The notes under the pieces are model-generated. The model ran no database searches, was not told where the DNA came from, and worked only from the letters and a program-made list of their open reading frames with translations. 64,000 nt of DNA, taken from an uncultured Lachnospiraceae bacterium. GTDB taxonomy: Bacteria > Bacillota > Clostridia > Lachnospirales > Lachnospiraceae. Where the stretch lies: assembly GCA_964566545.1 (NCBI GenBank), contig CAZMIX010000004.1, positions 44,257 through 108,256 on the forward strand, given 5' to 3'. Below are positions 47,128 to 56,836 of the stretch, piece after piece. The first letter of the stretch is position 1; each line of letters begins with the position of its first letter. The position numbers were made by a program, and so were the translations under genes.

Positions 47128-49800
47128 TTACCATCTGTTTTTCAGTTTGTTTTGCAGCCTGCTTAATGTGTTCAGCGCCTCCATCGGCGTTAAATTATTT
47201 AAGTCCATATCCTTAAGCTCGCGGATAATATCGTCATCTTTTACCGTATCAAATAAAGAAATCTGTGCAAGATCGACCTCATCCAGTTTCTTTTGGGCGT
47301 TCTTTTTTTCGCCTTTAGAATCCTCGGCAATGCTTTTTACGCTTGCTGTAATATCATTTTCGGAAAGCTCCTCCACCAGCTCCTTTGCGCGCTCAATCAC
47401 CATGTCCGGCACGCCCGCAAGCTTTGCAACCTGAATACCATAGCTTTTATCGGCACCGCCTTTGACAATTTTTCGCAGGAAAACAATGTTGTCTCCCTGC
47501 TCCTTAACGGCAATACAGTAATTGCTGACGGCATTCAGCTTGCCCTCCAGCTCCGTAAGTTCATGATAATGGGTCGCAAACAGAGTTTTTGCGCCAAGCA
47601 GCTTCGGATTGCTGATATATTCGATGACAGCCCACGCGATGGAAAGTCCGTCAAACGTCGAGGTGCCGCGCCCGATTTCATCCAGTATAAGCAGGCTTTT
47701 GGACGTCGCGTTTCGTAAAATATTCGCAACCTCCGTCATCTCGACCATGAATGTACTTTGTCCGCTCGCAAGGTCGTCCGATGCGCCGACCCTCGTAAAG
47801 ATGCGGTCAACGATACCAATATTCGCAGCCTTAGCCGGAACAAAGCTGCCGATCTGAGCCATCAGCACAATCAAGGCTGTCTGACGCATATAAGTGGACT
47901 TTCCCGCCATATTGGGGCCTGTAATGACGGAAATACGGTTATTCCCGTTATCCAGATAGGTGTCGTTTGCTACAAACAGATCAGAGGCAGTCATATTTTC
48001 AACGACGGGATGCCGTCCCTCCTTGATCTCAATAACGCCCTTTTCATTAATTTTCGGACGGCAATAATGGTTGCGCTCCGCAACGATTGCAAGAGATGCA
48101 AACGCGTCAAGCTTTGCAATGACCTTGGCTGTTTCTTGTATTCTTGCTACCTGCTTTGCGATTTCATCCCTGATTCCACAGAAAATATCGTATTCAAGAG
48201 AGAATAGCTTGTCCTCTGCGTTTAATATCGTATCCTCCAGCTCCTTGAGCCGTTCTGTTGTATAGCGCTCCGCATTTGTCAGCGTCTGCTTTCTGATATA
48301 ATCCTGCGGCACAAGATCCCGAAAGGAATTTGTCACCTCGAAATAATACCCGAATACACGGTTGTATTTGATTCTTAAGTTTTTAATGCCGGTGCGCTCC
48401 TTGTCGTCCACCTCCAGCTTAGCAAGCCAGTTTTTCCCTTCCGTCTTGGCATTCCTGAGTGAATCAATGGTTTCGTTATAACCGGTCTTGATGATACCAC
48501 CATCCTTAATTGTAATTGGCGGTTCCTCGTTAATCGAGGTAAGAATCAGCTCATTAACATCTGTAAGCGGATCAAGACTGTCACAAAGTTCCTTTAGTAC
48601 CCCTGACCCAAATTCGCCAAGAAGCTGTTTGATCGGAGAAAGCATTGTAAGGGAGCTTGAAAAGGCAATCAAATCACGGGGATTGGCTGACTTATAACTA
48701 ATTTTGCTCATCAGGCGCTCCAAATCGTAAATCGGGTTTAAGTATTCCCGCAGCTCTTCCCTTACAATCGCGCACTCATTCAACGCCTGAATGGCGTCAA
48801 GGCGCTCTTCTATCTGCTGCCTGTCAATGAGCGGCTGCTCCACGAAGTTTCTTAAGCAGCGGGCGCCCATCGCGGTTTTCGTCTTATCGAGCACCCCGAG
48901 CAGGGAGCCTCTCTTCTGCTTGTCCCGCAGCGTTTCGGTCAGCTCCAGATTCCGCCTTGTGGAGGAATCCAGTATCATATAAGTCGCGACGTTGTACAAA
49001 AAGAGCTTTCTCATATGGGAAAGAGAGCTTTTTTGCGTCTCATATAAATATTTTAACAGGGAACCGGCGCTGATCGTGCCACATTCGTAGTCCTTTAACC
49101 CAAAGCCATCCAACGAATCAACGTGAAAATGCTCCTTCAGTATCCGCACACAGGCTTCATCGTCAAAATACCATGGTTCCAGCGTGTAGATCGTCACGCC
49201 AAGCTTATATTTTAATTCCTCCAAATCGATCCCGCACACAAGAAACGCTTCATTGCAGATAATTTCTGTAGGGGAATATTTGTAGATTTCATCAAGCAGC
49301 CTGCGCTGTTCTAAAACCTCCGTCACAAAATAATCTCCTGTCGTAATATCGGCAATCGAAATGCCAAATTGATCCGCAATATAAACGACCGACATCAGAT
49401 AGTTGTTGCGGGATTCCTCAAGCGCCTGCATATCAATATTTGTACCCGGCGTCACGATCCGCATGACCTCGCGCTTGACAAGCCCTTTGGCGTATTTCGG
49501 ATCCTCCACCTGCTCGCAGATCGCCACCTTGTAGCCTTTGGATACAAGCTTGTTCAAATATCCCTCGACCGCATGATAAGGCACTCCGCACATCGGTGCG
49601 CGCTCCTCCTGACCGCAGTTTTTACCTGTCAGCGTCAGCTCCAGCTCCTTTGAGACCGTGAGCGCATCCTCATAGAACATTTCATAAAAATCGCCGAGCC
49701 GGTAAAATAAAATACAATCCTTGTACTGTTCTTTTGTCTCTTTATATTTCTGCATCATTGGTGACAATTCAGCCACTGCCTTATCCCTCTTTCTATTCAT
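47128..49800 (-). CDS. mutS: DNA mismatch repair protein MutS
   Basis: Mismatch-binding N-terminus (TPMMQKY...GDFYEMF), Walker A GPNMAGKST and the DEIGRGTST motif. Confidence 0.97.
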   Translation of the reverse strand: MNRKRDKAVAELSPMMQKYKETKEQYKDCILFYRLGDFYEMFYEDALTVSKELELTLTGKNCGQEERAPMCGVPYHAVEGYLNKLVSKGYKVAICEQVEDPKYAKGLVKREVMRIVTPGTNIDMQALEESRNNYLMSVVYIADQFGISIADITTGDYFVTEVLEQRRLLDEIYKYSPTEIICNEAFLVCGIDLEELKYKLGVTIYTLEPWYFDDEACVRILKEHFHVDSLDGFGLKDYECGTISAGSLLKYLYETQKSSLSHMRKLFLYNVATYMILDSSTRRNLELTETLRDKQKRGSLLGVLDKTKTAMGARCLRNFVEQPLIDRQQIEERLDAIQALNECAIVREELREYLNPIYDLERLMSKISYKSANPRDLIAFSSSLTMLSPIKQLLGEFGSGVLKELCDSLDPLTDVNELILTSINEEPPITIKDGGIIKTGYNETIDSLRNAKTEGKNWLAKLEVDDKERTGIKNLRIKYNRVFGYYFEVTNSFRDLVPQDYIRKQTLTNAERYTTERLKELEDTILNAEDKLFSLEYDIFCGIRDEIAKQVARIQETAKVIAKLDAFASLAIVAERNHYCRPKINEKGVIEIKEGRHPVVENMTASDLFVANDTYLDNGNNRISVITGPNMAGKSTYMRQTALIVLMAQIGSFVPAKAANIGIVDRIFTRVGASDDLASGQSTFMVEMTEVANILRNATSKSLLILDEIGRGTSTFDGLSIAWAVIEYISNPKLLGAKTLFATHYHELTELEGKLNAVSNYCIAVKEQGDNIVFLRKIVKGGADKSYGIQVAKLAGVPDMVIERAKELVEELSENDITASVKSIAEDSKGEKKNAQKKLDEVDLAQISLFDTVKDDDIIRELKDMDLNNLTPMEALNTLSRLQNKLKNRW

Positions 49801-50953
49801 CCTTAACCTGTTCGTAAAGCGGCTGACGGACTTTCATTCTCGTCACTTCTACGAGTCCGAGCGTCGTCATATCATGAAGCTGCGCCTTAATCGGATCCTT
49901 TTTTAATACCTCTGACAGAAAGGCGAGCAGCTTTTTCTGGCTGGCGGATTCTTCCATGTTGATAAAATCAATTAAAATCATACCCGATAAATTCCTTAAC
50001 CTTAACTGCCTTGCAATTTCGGCCGCCGCCTCCATGTTGACCAAAAGAAAGGTTTCTTCCCTGCTTCCTTTTTTTACGGTCTTACCCGTATTGACATCAA
50101 TGGCGACAAGCGCCTCCGTCGGCTCAATTACTAAAAATCCGCCGGATTTGAGCCATACTTTTTTCTGTAATGCCTCCCTCAATCGGCTTTCCATACCGTA
50201 CAGTTTTTTTAAGGAAAGCATCGGGTCCTCGTAAAAACGGAGATTAATCGACAGAAAATAAGATTCTCCATAAGTGTCCAGTATATGCTCCTTTAAGCTC
50301 TCATAGATTTCTTTTTCGTCTGTGACAATTTCCGTAAGCGCATCCAGACGGATATCCGTCACGGCGCGCATCCATTCGGCGGGCGCACGGTAAAGCACCG
50401 TAGCGGGCGTGCGCATCCCGGCATATTTTAAAACGGCGGAAAGCCGCTCTGATAGCTGTCGTATTTCTTTCTTTAATTCCTCGACGTCCGCATGTACCGC
50501 ATTCGTGCGGATGATCATTCCGTAAGGAATTTCCTCCGCCTCCTCACGTAGCGCTTTGACAAGCTGTTTTTTCTCTTGTGCGGACAGCTTGGAAGAGACG
50601 GACAGCTTCGTATCCTTTGTATGGACGACGCTGTAAACGCCCGCTAAGGATAACTCGTCACTTAACACAGCATCCTTTGTCTTTGTGTGCTCTTTCACAA
50701 GCTGCACCGGAATCAATTCGCCCTGCTTTAAATCTGCGCGCGGTAAAAATCCTCTCGCATTTTGAGAAAAGTCAATAAACGACGCATTAATGTTGCCGAC
50801 AGTCTGCTGAACTCTTCCAAGATAAATTGAACCAAGCTGTTCCTTTTTGGCGGAAAAAATATGAAATTCCACCGGCTTGTTTCCATTTAAATAGGCAAAT
50901 AGCAGCTTATTCTGTTGTTTTGTTAATACGATCCGGTATGCTTCGTTTTTCAT
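49793..50953 (-). CDS. RNase E/G-family ribonuclease (short form)
   Basis: S1 domain (GSIYLGRVQ...ASFIDF...GFL) and catalytic region (AIDVNTGK). Its stop overlaps the mutS start by 8 nt. Confidence 0.78.
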   Translation of the reverse strand: MKNEAYRIVLTKQQNKLLFAYLNGNKPVEFHIFSAKKEQLGSIYLGRVQQTVGNINASFIDFSQNARGFLPRADLKQGELIPVQLVKEHTKTKDAVLSDELSLAGVYSVVHTKDTKLSVSSKLSAQEKKQLVKALREEAEEIPYGMIIRTNAVHADVEELKKEIRQLSERLSAVLKYAGMRTPATVLYRAPAEWMRAVTDIRLDALTEIVTDEKEIYESLKEHILDTYGESYFLSINLRFYEDPMLSLKKLYGMESRLREALQKKVWLKSGGFLVIEPTEALVAIDVNTGKTVKKGSREETFLLVNMEAAAEIARQLRLRNLSGMILIDFINMEESASQKKLLAFLSEVLKKDPIKAQLHDMTTLGLVEVTRMKVRQPLYEQVKDE

Positions 50954-51645
50954 GCTGTAATATCCATTCCTACTTCATTTAAGGATAGAAAATTGTGATC
51001 TTTCATTGTATATAGCTCCAAGCGCTTGATCAGCAAGCCAAATTCATCAAGCTTTTCACCCTGCTGTCTATACAGCGCCTCCATGACAAGCTCCGGCTTA
51101 ATATTTGTTACGCTCCCGCACGATAAACGAAGGATAAGAGTCTCCTTTGCCGCCTCATGCCGATATATAAACGGCTTTAAATCAATTTCCTGCTCGCTTC
51201 GTTTTGTTTTTTTGCTGATAATGATCTTATCCTGCTCCATTAAATCGGCAGCTGCATCTTTAAGTGAAAAAGACGGTTCAAAGCCTTCCCTGAAGGAAAT
51301 CAGATAATCCGCAGCCACGACGCTTGCCATCGCATTTCCCGCCGATTCGGGCAGTTCGCGAAACGAAAGCACCTCCATGCCTTTTGCGGACGCTGCGTTC
51401 ATCGCTTCAATCGCCTCTTCAGACAGTATCGGCTTCGTGATTTCAATATCCATATATTCCGCATCGCTTTCCAAACCAATTCCAAGCGGAAGGGCAAAGG
51501 ACATGACCTGATGCGGGCTTAGACCGTTGCTGTACGCAATAGGGATATCCGCCCTGCGCATTAGCTTTTGAAAATACCGCATGATATCCAGATGACCGAT
51601 AAATTTCACGGCGCCCGTCTTTGAAAATTTAATTCTTATTTTCAT
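50950..51645 (-). CDS. Radical-SAM-associated protein (DUF2344 / TIGR03936-like)
   Basis: N-terminus MKIRIKFSKTGAVKFIGHLD is typical. Start moved to ATG 51645 behind a GGAGGTG SD; it overlaps the upstream radical SAM gene. Confidence 0.68.
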   Translation of the reverse strand: MKIRIKFSKTGAVKFIGHLDIMRYFQKLMRRADIPIAYSNGLSPHQVMSFALPLGIGLESDAEYMDIEITKPILSEEAIEAMNAASAKGMEVLSFRELPESAGNAMASVVAADYLISFREGFEPSFSLKDAAADLMEQDKIIISKKTKRSEQEIDLKPFIYRHEAAKETLILRLSCGSVTNIKPELVMEALYRQQGEKLDEFGLLIKRLELYTMKDHNFLSLNEVGMDITA

Positions 51646-53500
51646 AGCAGACACCTCCTCCGAATTTGTTGGCGCCACAGCCCATGCACTGCATCCGGCA
51701 ATTCGGCGTGACTTTTTGAGCGAGCGCCTGCTTCCATTCACGCATTAAAAATTCCTTTGTGACGCCTACATCAATGAAATCCCAAGGAAGCAGCTCAGTC
51801 AGATCCCGCTCCCTTGTCGTATAAAAGTCGATAGCAATGCCGCATTCCTCAAACGCGTTCAGCCATGGCTCCTCATGAAAGGTCTCAGACCAGGAATCAA
51901 ACAAACAGCCTTTTTCATAAGCTGAAACAAGCACTTGCGAAAGCCGTCTGTCACCGCGGGCAAAGACCCCCTCGAGCATACTGACTTCTGCTTCGTGCCA
52001 GTTATATTTAATGCTCTTACGGTTAAGCTGCTGCTTCATCGCATCGTTGACAATCCTCGCCTTGTCCAAAAATCCTTTTTTATCGGACATCGGCGCCCAC
52101 TGAAATGGCGTAAATGGCTTTGGAATAAAGAAGGAGGTGCTCGCCACGATCTGTACCTTTCCGTTTCTCTCCTCCTTAGGGATCAAATCATAATAGAGAC
52201 GTGCGATCTGATCGGAAAGCTCCGCAATGCCGCGCATATCCTCTTCTGTCTCTGTTGGAAGCCCCAGCATAAAATAAAGCTTAACTCTTGTCCAGCCGCC
52301 TAAAAATGCCTGTTTCGCACCCTCCAATATCATTTCTTCGGTCAGTCCCTTATTGATGACATCCCGAAGCCTTTGTGAACCCGCCTCTGGTGCAAAGGTA
52401 AGGCTGCTTTTCCGCACATCCTGCACCTTGCTCATGACATCAAGAGAAAACGCGTCAATCCGCAGCGAGGGCAGTTCGATATTCAGCTTTTGGTGCTTTG
52501 CCTGTTCCATCAAAAAATCTACAAGCTCTTCTAAATGGGAATAATCGCTGGAGCTTAAAGAACTTAAAGAAATTTCCTCATGCCCGGTATTTTTTAACAT
52601 TGACACGGCGTATTTTTTAAGAGCATCAATATCGCGTTCCCTGACGGGTCTATAAATCATTCCGGCCTGACAGAAGCGGCAGCCACGGATGCAGCCACGC
52701 TGTATTTCCAGCACGACTCTGTCCTGTATCACCTTAATAAACGGCACGACAGGTTTTTCAGGATAGTAAGTATTTGTCACATCCATGACTAGCTCCTTTT
52801 GAACTGTCTTTGGAATTCCGTCCATGACCGGTTCAAAACAGGCAAGCGTACCATCCTCGTTGTAGGCTGCTTCATAAAATCGGGGAGCATAAATGCCGGG
52901 CAGCTTTGCGGCCGCACACAGAAATTCTTCTCGGCTTTTACCATTCTCTCTGCATAATCGGTAAGTATCCAGCAGCCCATGATAGGCAGTCTCGCCTTCC
53001 CCGATATAAAACAAATCAAAAAAGTCCGCAATGGGCTCCGGGTTATAAGTGCACGGTCCGCCGCCGATAACGATCGGATCCTCTTCTGTTCGATCCTTTG
53101 CATAGAGCGGAATTTGGGAGAGGTCTAAAATCTGCAGCACATTTGTATAGCACATTTCATATTGCAGCGTAATACCCAAAAAATCAAATCCCTTGATCGG
53201 ATCCTGAGATTCGAGGGCAAACAGCGGCAGCTTCTGCTCCTTCATGATCGCATGCAGATCCGTCCACGGAGAATAGACACGCTCACACCACGTGTCCTCC
53301 CGCCTATTAAACATGTCATATAAAATCTGAATCCCCAGATGTGACATCCCGATTTCATATACATCGGGAAAACACATGGCAAAACGTATGGAAACCGTTT
53401 CTTTCTCTTTTATCACCGCATTGACTTCATTTCCGATATATCTTGCTGGTTTCTCAACGCGGAGCAATACCTGATCCGGTAATGCGAGCTTTCTCATCAT
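51629..53500 (-). CDS. B12-binding-domain radical SAM protein (TIGR03960-like)
   Basis: CxxxCxxC cluster motif (RGCIRGCRFCQAG) after an N-terminal B12-like domain; 623 aa. Confidence 0.82.
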   Translation of the reverse strand: MMRKLALPDQVLLRVEKPARYIGNEVNAVIKEKETVSIRFAMCFPDVYEIGMSHLGIQILYDMFNRREDTWCERVYSPWTDLHAIMKEQKLPLFALESQDPIKGFDFLGITLQYEMCYTNVLQILDLSQIPLYAKDRTEEDPIVIGGGPCTYNPEPIADFFDLFYIGEGETAYHGLLDTYRLCRENGKSREEFLCAAAKLPGIYAPRFYEAAYNEDGTLACFEPVMDGIPKTVQKELVMDVTNTYYPEKPVVPFIKVIQDRVVLEIQRGCIRGCRFCQAGMIYRPVRERDIDALKKYAVSMLKNTGHEEISLSSLSSSDYSHLEELVDFLMEQAKHQKLNIELPSLRIDAFSLDVMSKVQDVRKSSLTFAPEAGSQRLRDVINKGLTEEMILEGAKQAFLGGWTRVKLYFMLGLPTETEEDMRGIAELSDQIARLYYDLIPKEERNGKVQIVASTSFFIPKPFTPFQWAPMSDKKGFLDKARIVNDAMKQQLNRKSIKYNWHEAEVSMLEGVFARGDRRLSQVLVSAYEKGCLFDSWSETFHEEPWLNAFEECGIAIDFYTTRERDLTELLPWDFIDVGVTKEFLMREWKQALAQKVTPNCRMQCMGCGANKFGGGVCYENKN

Positions 53501-53532
53501 GAATAACCTTTCCTGACTCTTATGTCTATATA

Positions 53533-53910
53533 CTAGAAATCATTTAAAGTATACGTGAATCCCTCCATAAAATCAAATACATTAGTAAGAAAACCGGTAT
53601 CTGCTGTTTGTCCGATCATCTCCTTCAACTCGGAAATACCGATTTTCCCTACAATTTTCCCCCTGCTTCCCAAAACAAGAATTCCGATGAAAAGAACGCT
53701 CGCTAATAAAACTCGAAGCTTTAGCAAACCTCTCTGCATACTTTTGGGCTGCATGGAAATAGGCTCTTCTGTTTTTGTCGACTCCTTGACAAGCATTTCT
53801 TTACTGACAAGCGGCAAAACCTCCGCATAGGCAAGCTTTTCTTTGTATTTTTTTAATAGCATCGCTCTTTTATCAGCATTGTTGATTGCTTCCTGTTTGT
53901 GCTGATACAT
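53533..53910 (-). CDS. Hypothetical small membrane protein
   Basis: One TM helix (LRVLLASVLFIGILVLG). The start is uncertain (ATG 53910 or GTG 53940). No family recognised. Confidence 0.35.
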   Translation of the reverse strand: MYQHKQEAINNADKRAMLLKKYKEKLAYAEVLPLVSKEMLVKESTKTEEPISMQPKSMQRGLLKLRVLLASVLFIGILVLGSRGKIVGKIGISELKEMIGQTADTGFLTNVFDFMEGFTYTLNDF

Positions 53911-54014
53911 GATTGCCCTATGCCCCTTCAATGTACGCACCTTGGCGTACTGTTCTTTTTATATAATTATGTACAAGACGTCAAAATATGCGAAAAGCTT
54001 TGGATTTAAATGAA

Positions 54015-54042
54015 AACAGGGCGTATCTAGATACGCCCTGTT
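54015..54042. terminator. Bidirectional intrinsic terminator
   Basis: 13-bp perfect palindromic stem AACAGGGCGTATC / GATACGCCCTGTT with T-rich tracts on both sides. It lies downstream of the 54104-54856 gene. Confidence 0.7.
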
Positions 54043-54103
54043 TTCTCTTTTACTATCTATTTTGCACAAAAGCCCCGTAACTGCTCACAAGCGCATTCGC
54101 GAA

Positions 54104-54856
54104 CTAGTTTTTGCTGAATAACGCATATACGATTCGATCCTCGTTTACATTTTCAATGGAGCCATCCCACTTTTTAAAGGAATATCCTTTCATTTCAGGA
54201 TTGGTCGGGTATTTTGCATTCTCACCGCTCCTGATATGCTGGATATCGCAGACCTCTCCGGTCTCGCTATTAACGAACTTTACCGCATAATTGCGATAAT
54301 ACCATGCCTTAATCGCCCGATCCTCCGTAATATTCGTCCAAGAACCTTCCCAGCCAACAAATTCAAGTCCGTCAATACAAGGATCCTGCGGGTTTGGAAG
54401 AGAGGAGCCATATGGCACGACATCCGTTTTCCACAACTCATTATTCCATCCGTTATACCATCTCACAACACAGGTTTTTCCCGGTACACCCTTCTCCTCG
54501 GACCACCATGGAAGAAACGGCGCTGTCATATTATCATTTATCCTTTTGACGGTAGATACGGCACTTGTAGAGGCGGCGTATGGCGTATTATTCGTATACA
54601 TGCCAAGAATCATCTTGTCTGTCTTAATATTGAGTGCACTGTCTGTCCAGCCGATAAACGTATAACCGCTTACGGAGGTGTCAGCCGGAATAACCGCATT
54701 CCCGCCGTGCGCAACCGTCTGCATACTAATCTTGGTCCCATAAATAAAGGCAACATTATGTGTTGTCTTTGCGCTGACCTCCACATTGATAAACAGCATG
54801 CAGGCGAATGATGCTATCACTGTTGTTAATAAAGCTTTTTTCCATAGTCCCTTCAT
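54104..54856 (-). CDS. Secreted protein with Listeria-Bacteroides (InlB B-repeat-like) repeats
   Basis: Signal peptide, then three copies of the pattern G(Y/L).F.GW...(GYTFIGWTD, GLEFVGWEG, GYSFKKWDG). Confidence 0.65.
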   Translation of the reverse strand: MKGLWKKALLTTVIASFACMLFINVEVSAKTTHNVAFIYGTKISMQTVAHGGNAVIPADTSVSGYTFIGWTDSALNIKTDKMILGMYTNNTPYAASTSAVSTVKRINDNMTAPFLPWWSEEKGVPGKTCVVRWYNGWNNELWKTDVVPYGSSLPNPQDPCIDGLEFVGWEGSWTNITEDRAIKAWYYRNYAVKFVNSETGEVCDIQHIRSGENAKYPTNPEMKGYSFKKWDGSIENVNEDRIVYALFSKN

Positions 54857-54959
54857 ACAATACCCTCCTAGTCCCCTTGCATATATAACTTATGTATTAA
54901 GTATACCCTCTTTGTAAACAAAAATCCAGTGGTTTTTACAGTTTTATGCGATCATGCAA

Positions 54960-56237
54960 TCATCTGTTTGCCAACTCCTTTGTAATATCCGACCACGTCA
55001 AACCGCATTCCGCCATGAGTACCATCGCATGATATAAAAAGTCGGCCATTTCGTATTTGACCTCCTCCTTATCTGGATTTTTGGCAGCAATAACAATTTC
55101 TGTCGCCTCTTCTCCGACCTTTTTTAAAATTTTATCGATACCCTTATCAAACAGATAATTTGTATAGGAGCCCTCCTTTGGACGCACCTTCCGATCCTGA
55201 ATGACCGCATAAACGTCCTCAAACACATGGAGCGGATTTGTATACCTGTATTCCTGCTTTATGATCCCATTGAAAAAGCAGGAATGACTTCCGGTGTGAC
55301 ACGCGGCTCCGATCTGCGCAACCTTCGCAAGGATCGTATCCATATCACAGTCGGCGGTCAGTTCTTTTACATACTGGTAATGCCCGCTTGTCGCACCCTT
55401 TACCCAAAGCTCCTTGCGGCTTCTGGAATAATAAGTCATGATGCCCGTTTCGATTGTCCGGTTATAGGCGGCTTCATCCATGTAAGCAACCATCAGTACC
55501 TCGTCGGTCTGATAGTCCTGCACAACAACAGGAATATGCCCATCGCTGTTCTTTTTGAAATCCGCCCAGACATGGCTGCTTTCCCAGATGCTGATCAAAA
55601 CACCTTCTGCTTTGCACATTTTTTTAAATTCCATGAGACTGTGAATACGCCCATTTATCACATCTCCGGAAAGTCCCGCAATACAGTCTGCTTTTAACAG
55701 CTTAACCATTTCCTGTTCCGCCGCTTCATTGATGACCGGTATGACTGCAAGTTCCTTATAATCATCGTCAATACGTTTGTTTAATAAAAGAACGCCGCAT
55801 GTAAAACTTTTTAGATCCCCAAGCCTGTCGAGAATCTGTTCCTCGGCATCCGCACAGGCCATAATTTTCTCTTTGCCAAAACGCTTACTGACCTCCTCCA
55901 TCAAATCGAGGTTAACCTGCTTTGCCATATTAAGTGCCACCCTGCTGCAGCCTGCGTAAAGCAGCTTCTTGACGTCCTCCACCCGGTTAATGTTTCCGGC
56001 GCCAATGACGGGAATGTCGATGGAACGGTTCAGCTCCCGTAAAACTAAAAGTGCCTCCTCATGTGCCGTATCACCGTCCGATAAATCAAACACAATCATT
56101 TCGTCAGCTCCCCGGCCGGAACAAGAAACGGCATAGGAAACCGGATCCTTGGAAACCACTCCTTCATCCTTAAAACCTTTTATAAACTTTTTATCTTTCA
56201 AATAAAAACAGGGAATCAGCTTTTTATTTTTCATCAC
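54960..56237 (-). CDS. hisIE: Fusion protein: degenerate HisF/HisA-like barrel + phosphoribosyl-AMP cyclohydrolase + phosphoribosyl-ATP pyrophosphatase (HisIE)
   Basis: Residues ~230-330 are HisI ([17 protein letters not shown]...CHTGSHSCF). Residues ~340-425 are HisE (YTNYLFDKG...EEATE...EMADFLYH). Residues 1-~210 align to HisF ([28 protein letters not shown]). Confidence 0.85.
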   Translation of the reverse strand: MMKNKKLIPCFYLKDKKFIKGFKDEGVVSKDPVSYAVSCSGRGADEMIVFDLSDGDTAHEEALLVLRELNRSIDIPVIGAGNINRVEDVKKLLYAGCSRVALNMAKQVNLDLMEEVSKRFGKEKIMACADAEEQILDRLGDLKSFTCGVLLLNKRIDDDYKELAVIPVINEAAEQEMVKLLKADCIAGLSGDVINGRIHSLMEFKKMCKAEGVLISIWESSHVWADFKKNSDGHIPVVVQDYQTDEVLMVAYMDEAAYNRTIETGIMTYYSRSRKELWVKGATSGHYQYVKELTADCDMDTILAKVAQIGAACHTGSHSCFFNGIIKQEYRYTNPLHVFEDVYAVIQDRKVRPKEGSYTNYLFDKGIDKILKKVGEEATEIVIAAKNPDKEEVKYEMADFLYHAMVLMAECGLTWSDITKELANR

Positions 56238-56827
56238 AGCGTTCCTTTCGTAGACAGCACGTCCGTCACCCGCCCGTCCTTTTTTACCGACTCATCGAGC
56301 GCCTTGGCAAACGCCTTGAACATCGCCTCCGCGATATGGTGTGAATTGCTGCCCGACAATACTTTGATATGCAGATTCATCGCGGCGGAATAACTGACCG
56401 CATAGAAAAATTCCCTGATCAGCTCCGTGTCCAGGTAACCGATTTTTTCCGCATCAAATGACGCCTCATAGGAAAAGTAAGGACGTCCGCATAAGTCTAC
56501 GGCACACAGCACAAGCGCGTCATCCATCGGCAGTATCATGCTCCCGTAGCGCCTGATGCCTTTTTTATCGGCCAGCGACTCCCTGATTGCGCTGCCAAGC
56601 ACGATACCGGTATCCTCTACCGTATGATGCCCGTCCACATGAAGGTCGCCCGTTACAGACAGCTCGCAGTCAAAAAAACCATGCCGTGCAAACCCTTCTA
56701 GCATGTGGTCAAAAAAACCGATGCCCGTGTCGATTTTACTGATTCCTGTTCCGTCCAGATTCAGGCTGAGCTTGATCTGTGTTTCCTTCGTATTCCGTTT
56801 GATTTCCGATTTTCTTTCCGCTTCCAT
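56234..56827 (-). CDS. hisB: Imidazoleglycerol-phosphate dehydratase
   Basis: [19 protein letters not shown] and [10 protein letters not shown] motifs. Confidence 0.95.
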   Translation of the reverse strand: MEAERKSEIKRNTKETQIKLSLNLDGTGISKIDTGIGFFDHMLEGFARHGFFDCELSVTGDLHVDGHHTVEDTGIVLGSAIRESLADKKGIRRYGSMILPMDDALVLCAVDLCGRPYFSYEASFDAEKIGYLDTELIREFFYAVSYSAAMNLHIKVLSGSNSHHIAEAMFKAFAKALDESVKKDGRVTDVLSTKGTL

Positions 56828-56836
56828 ATGCCCTCC

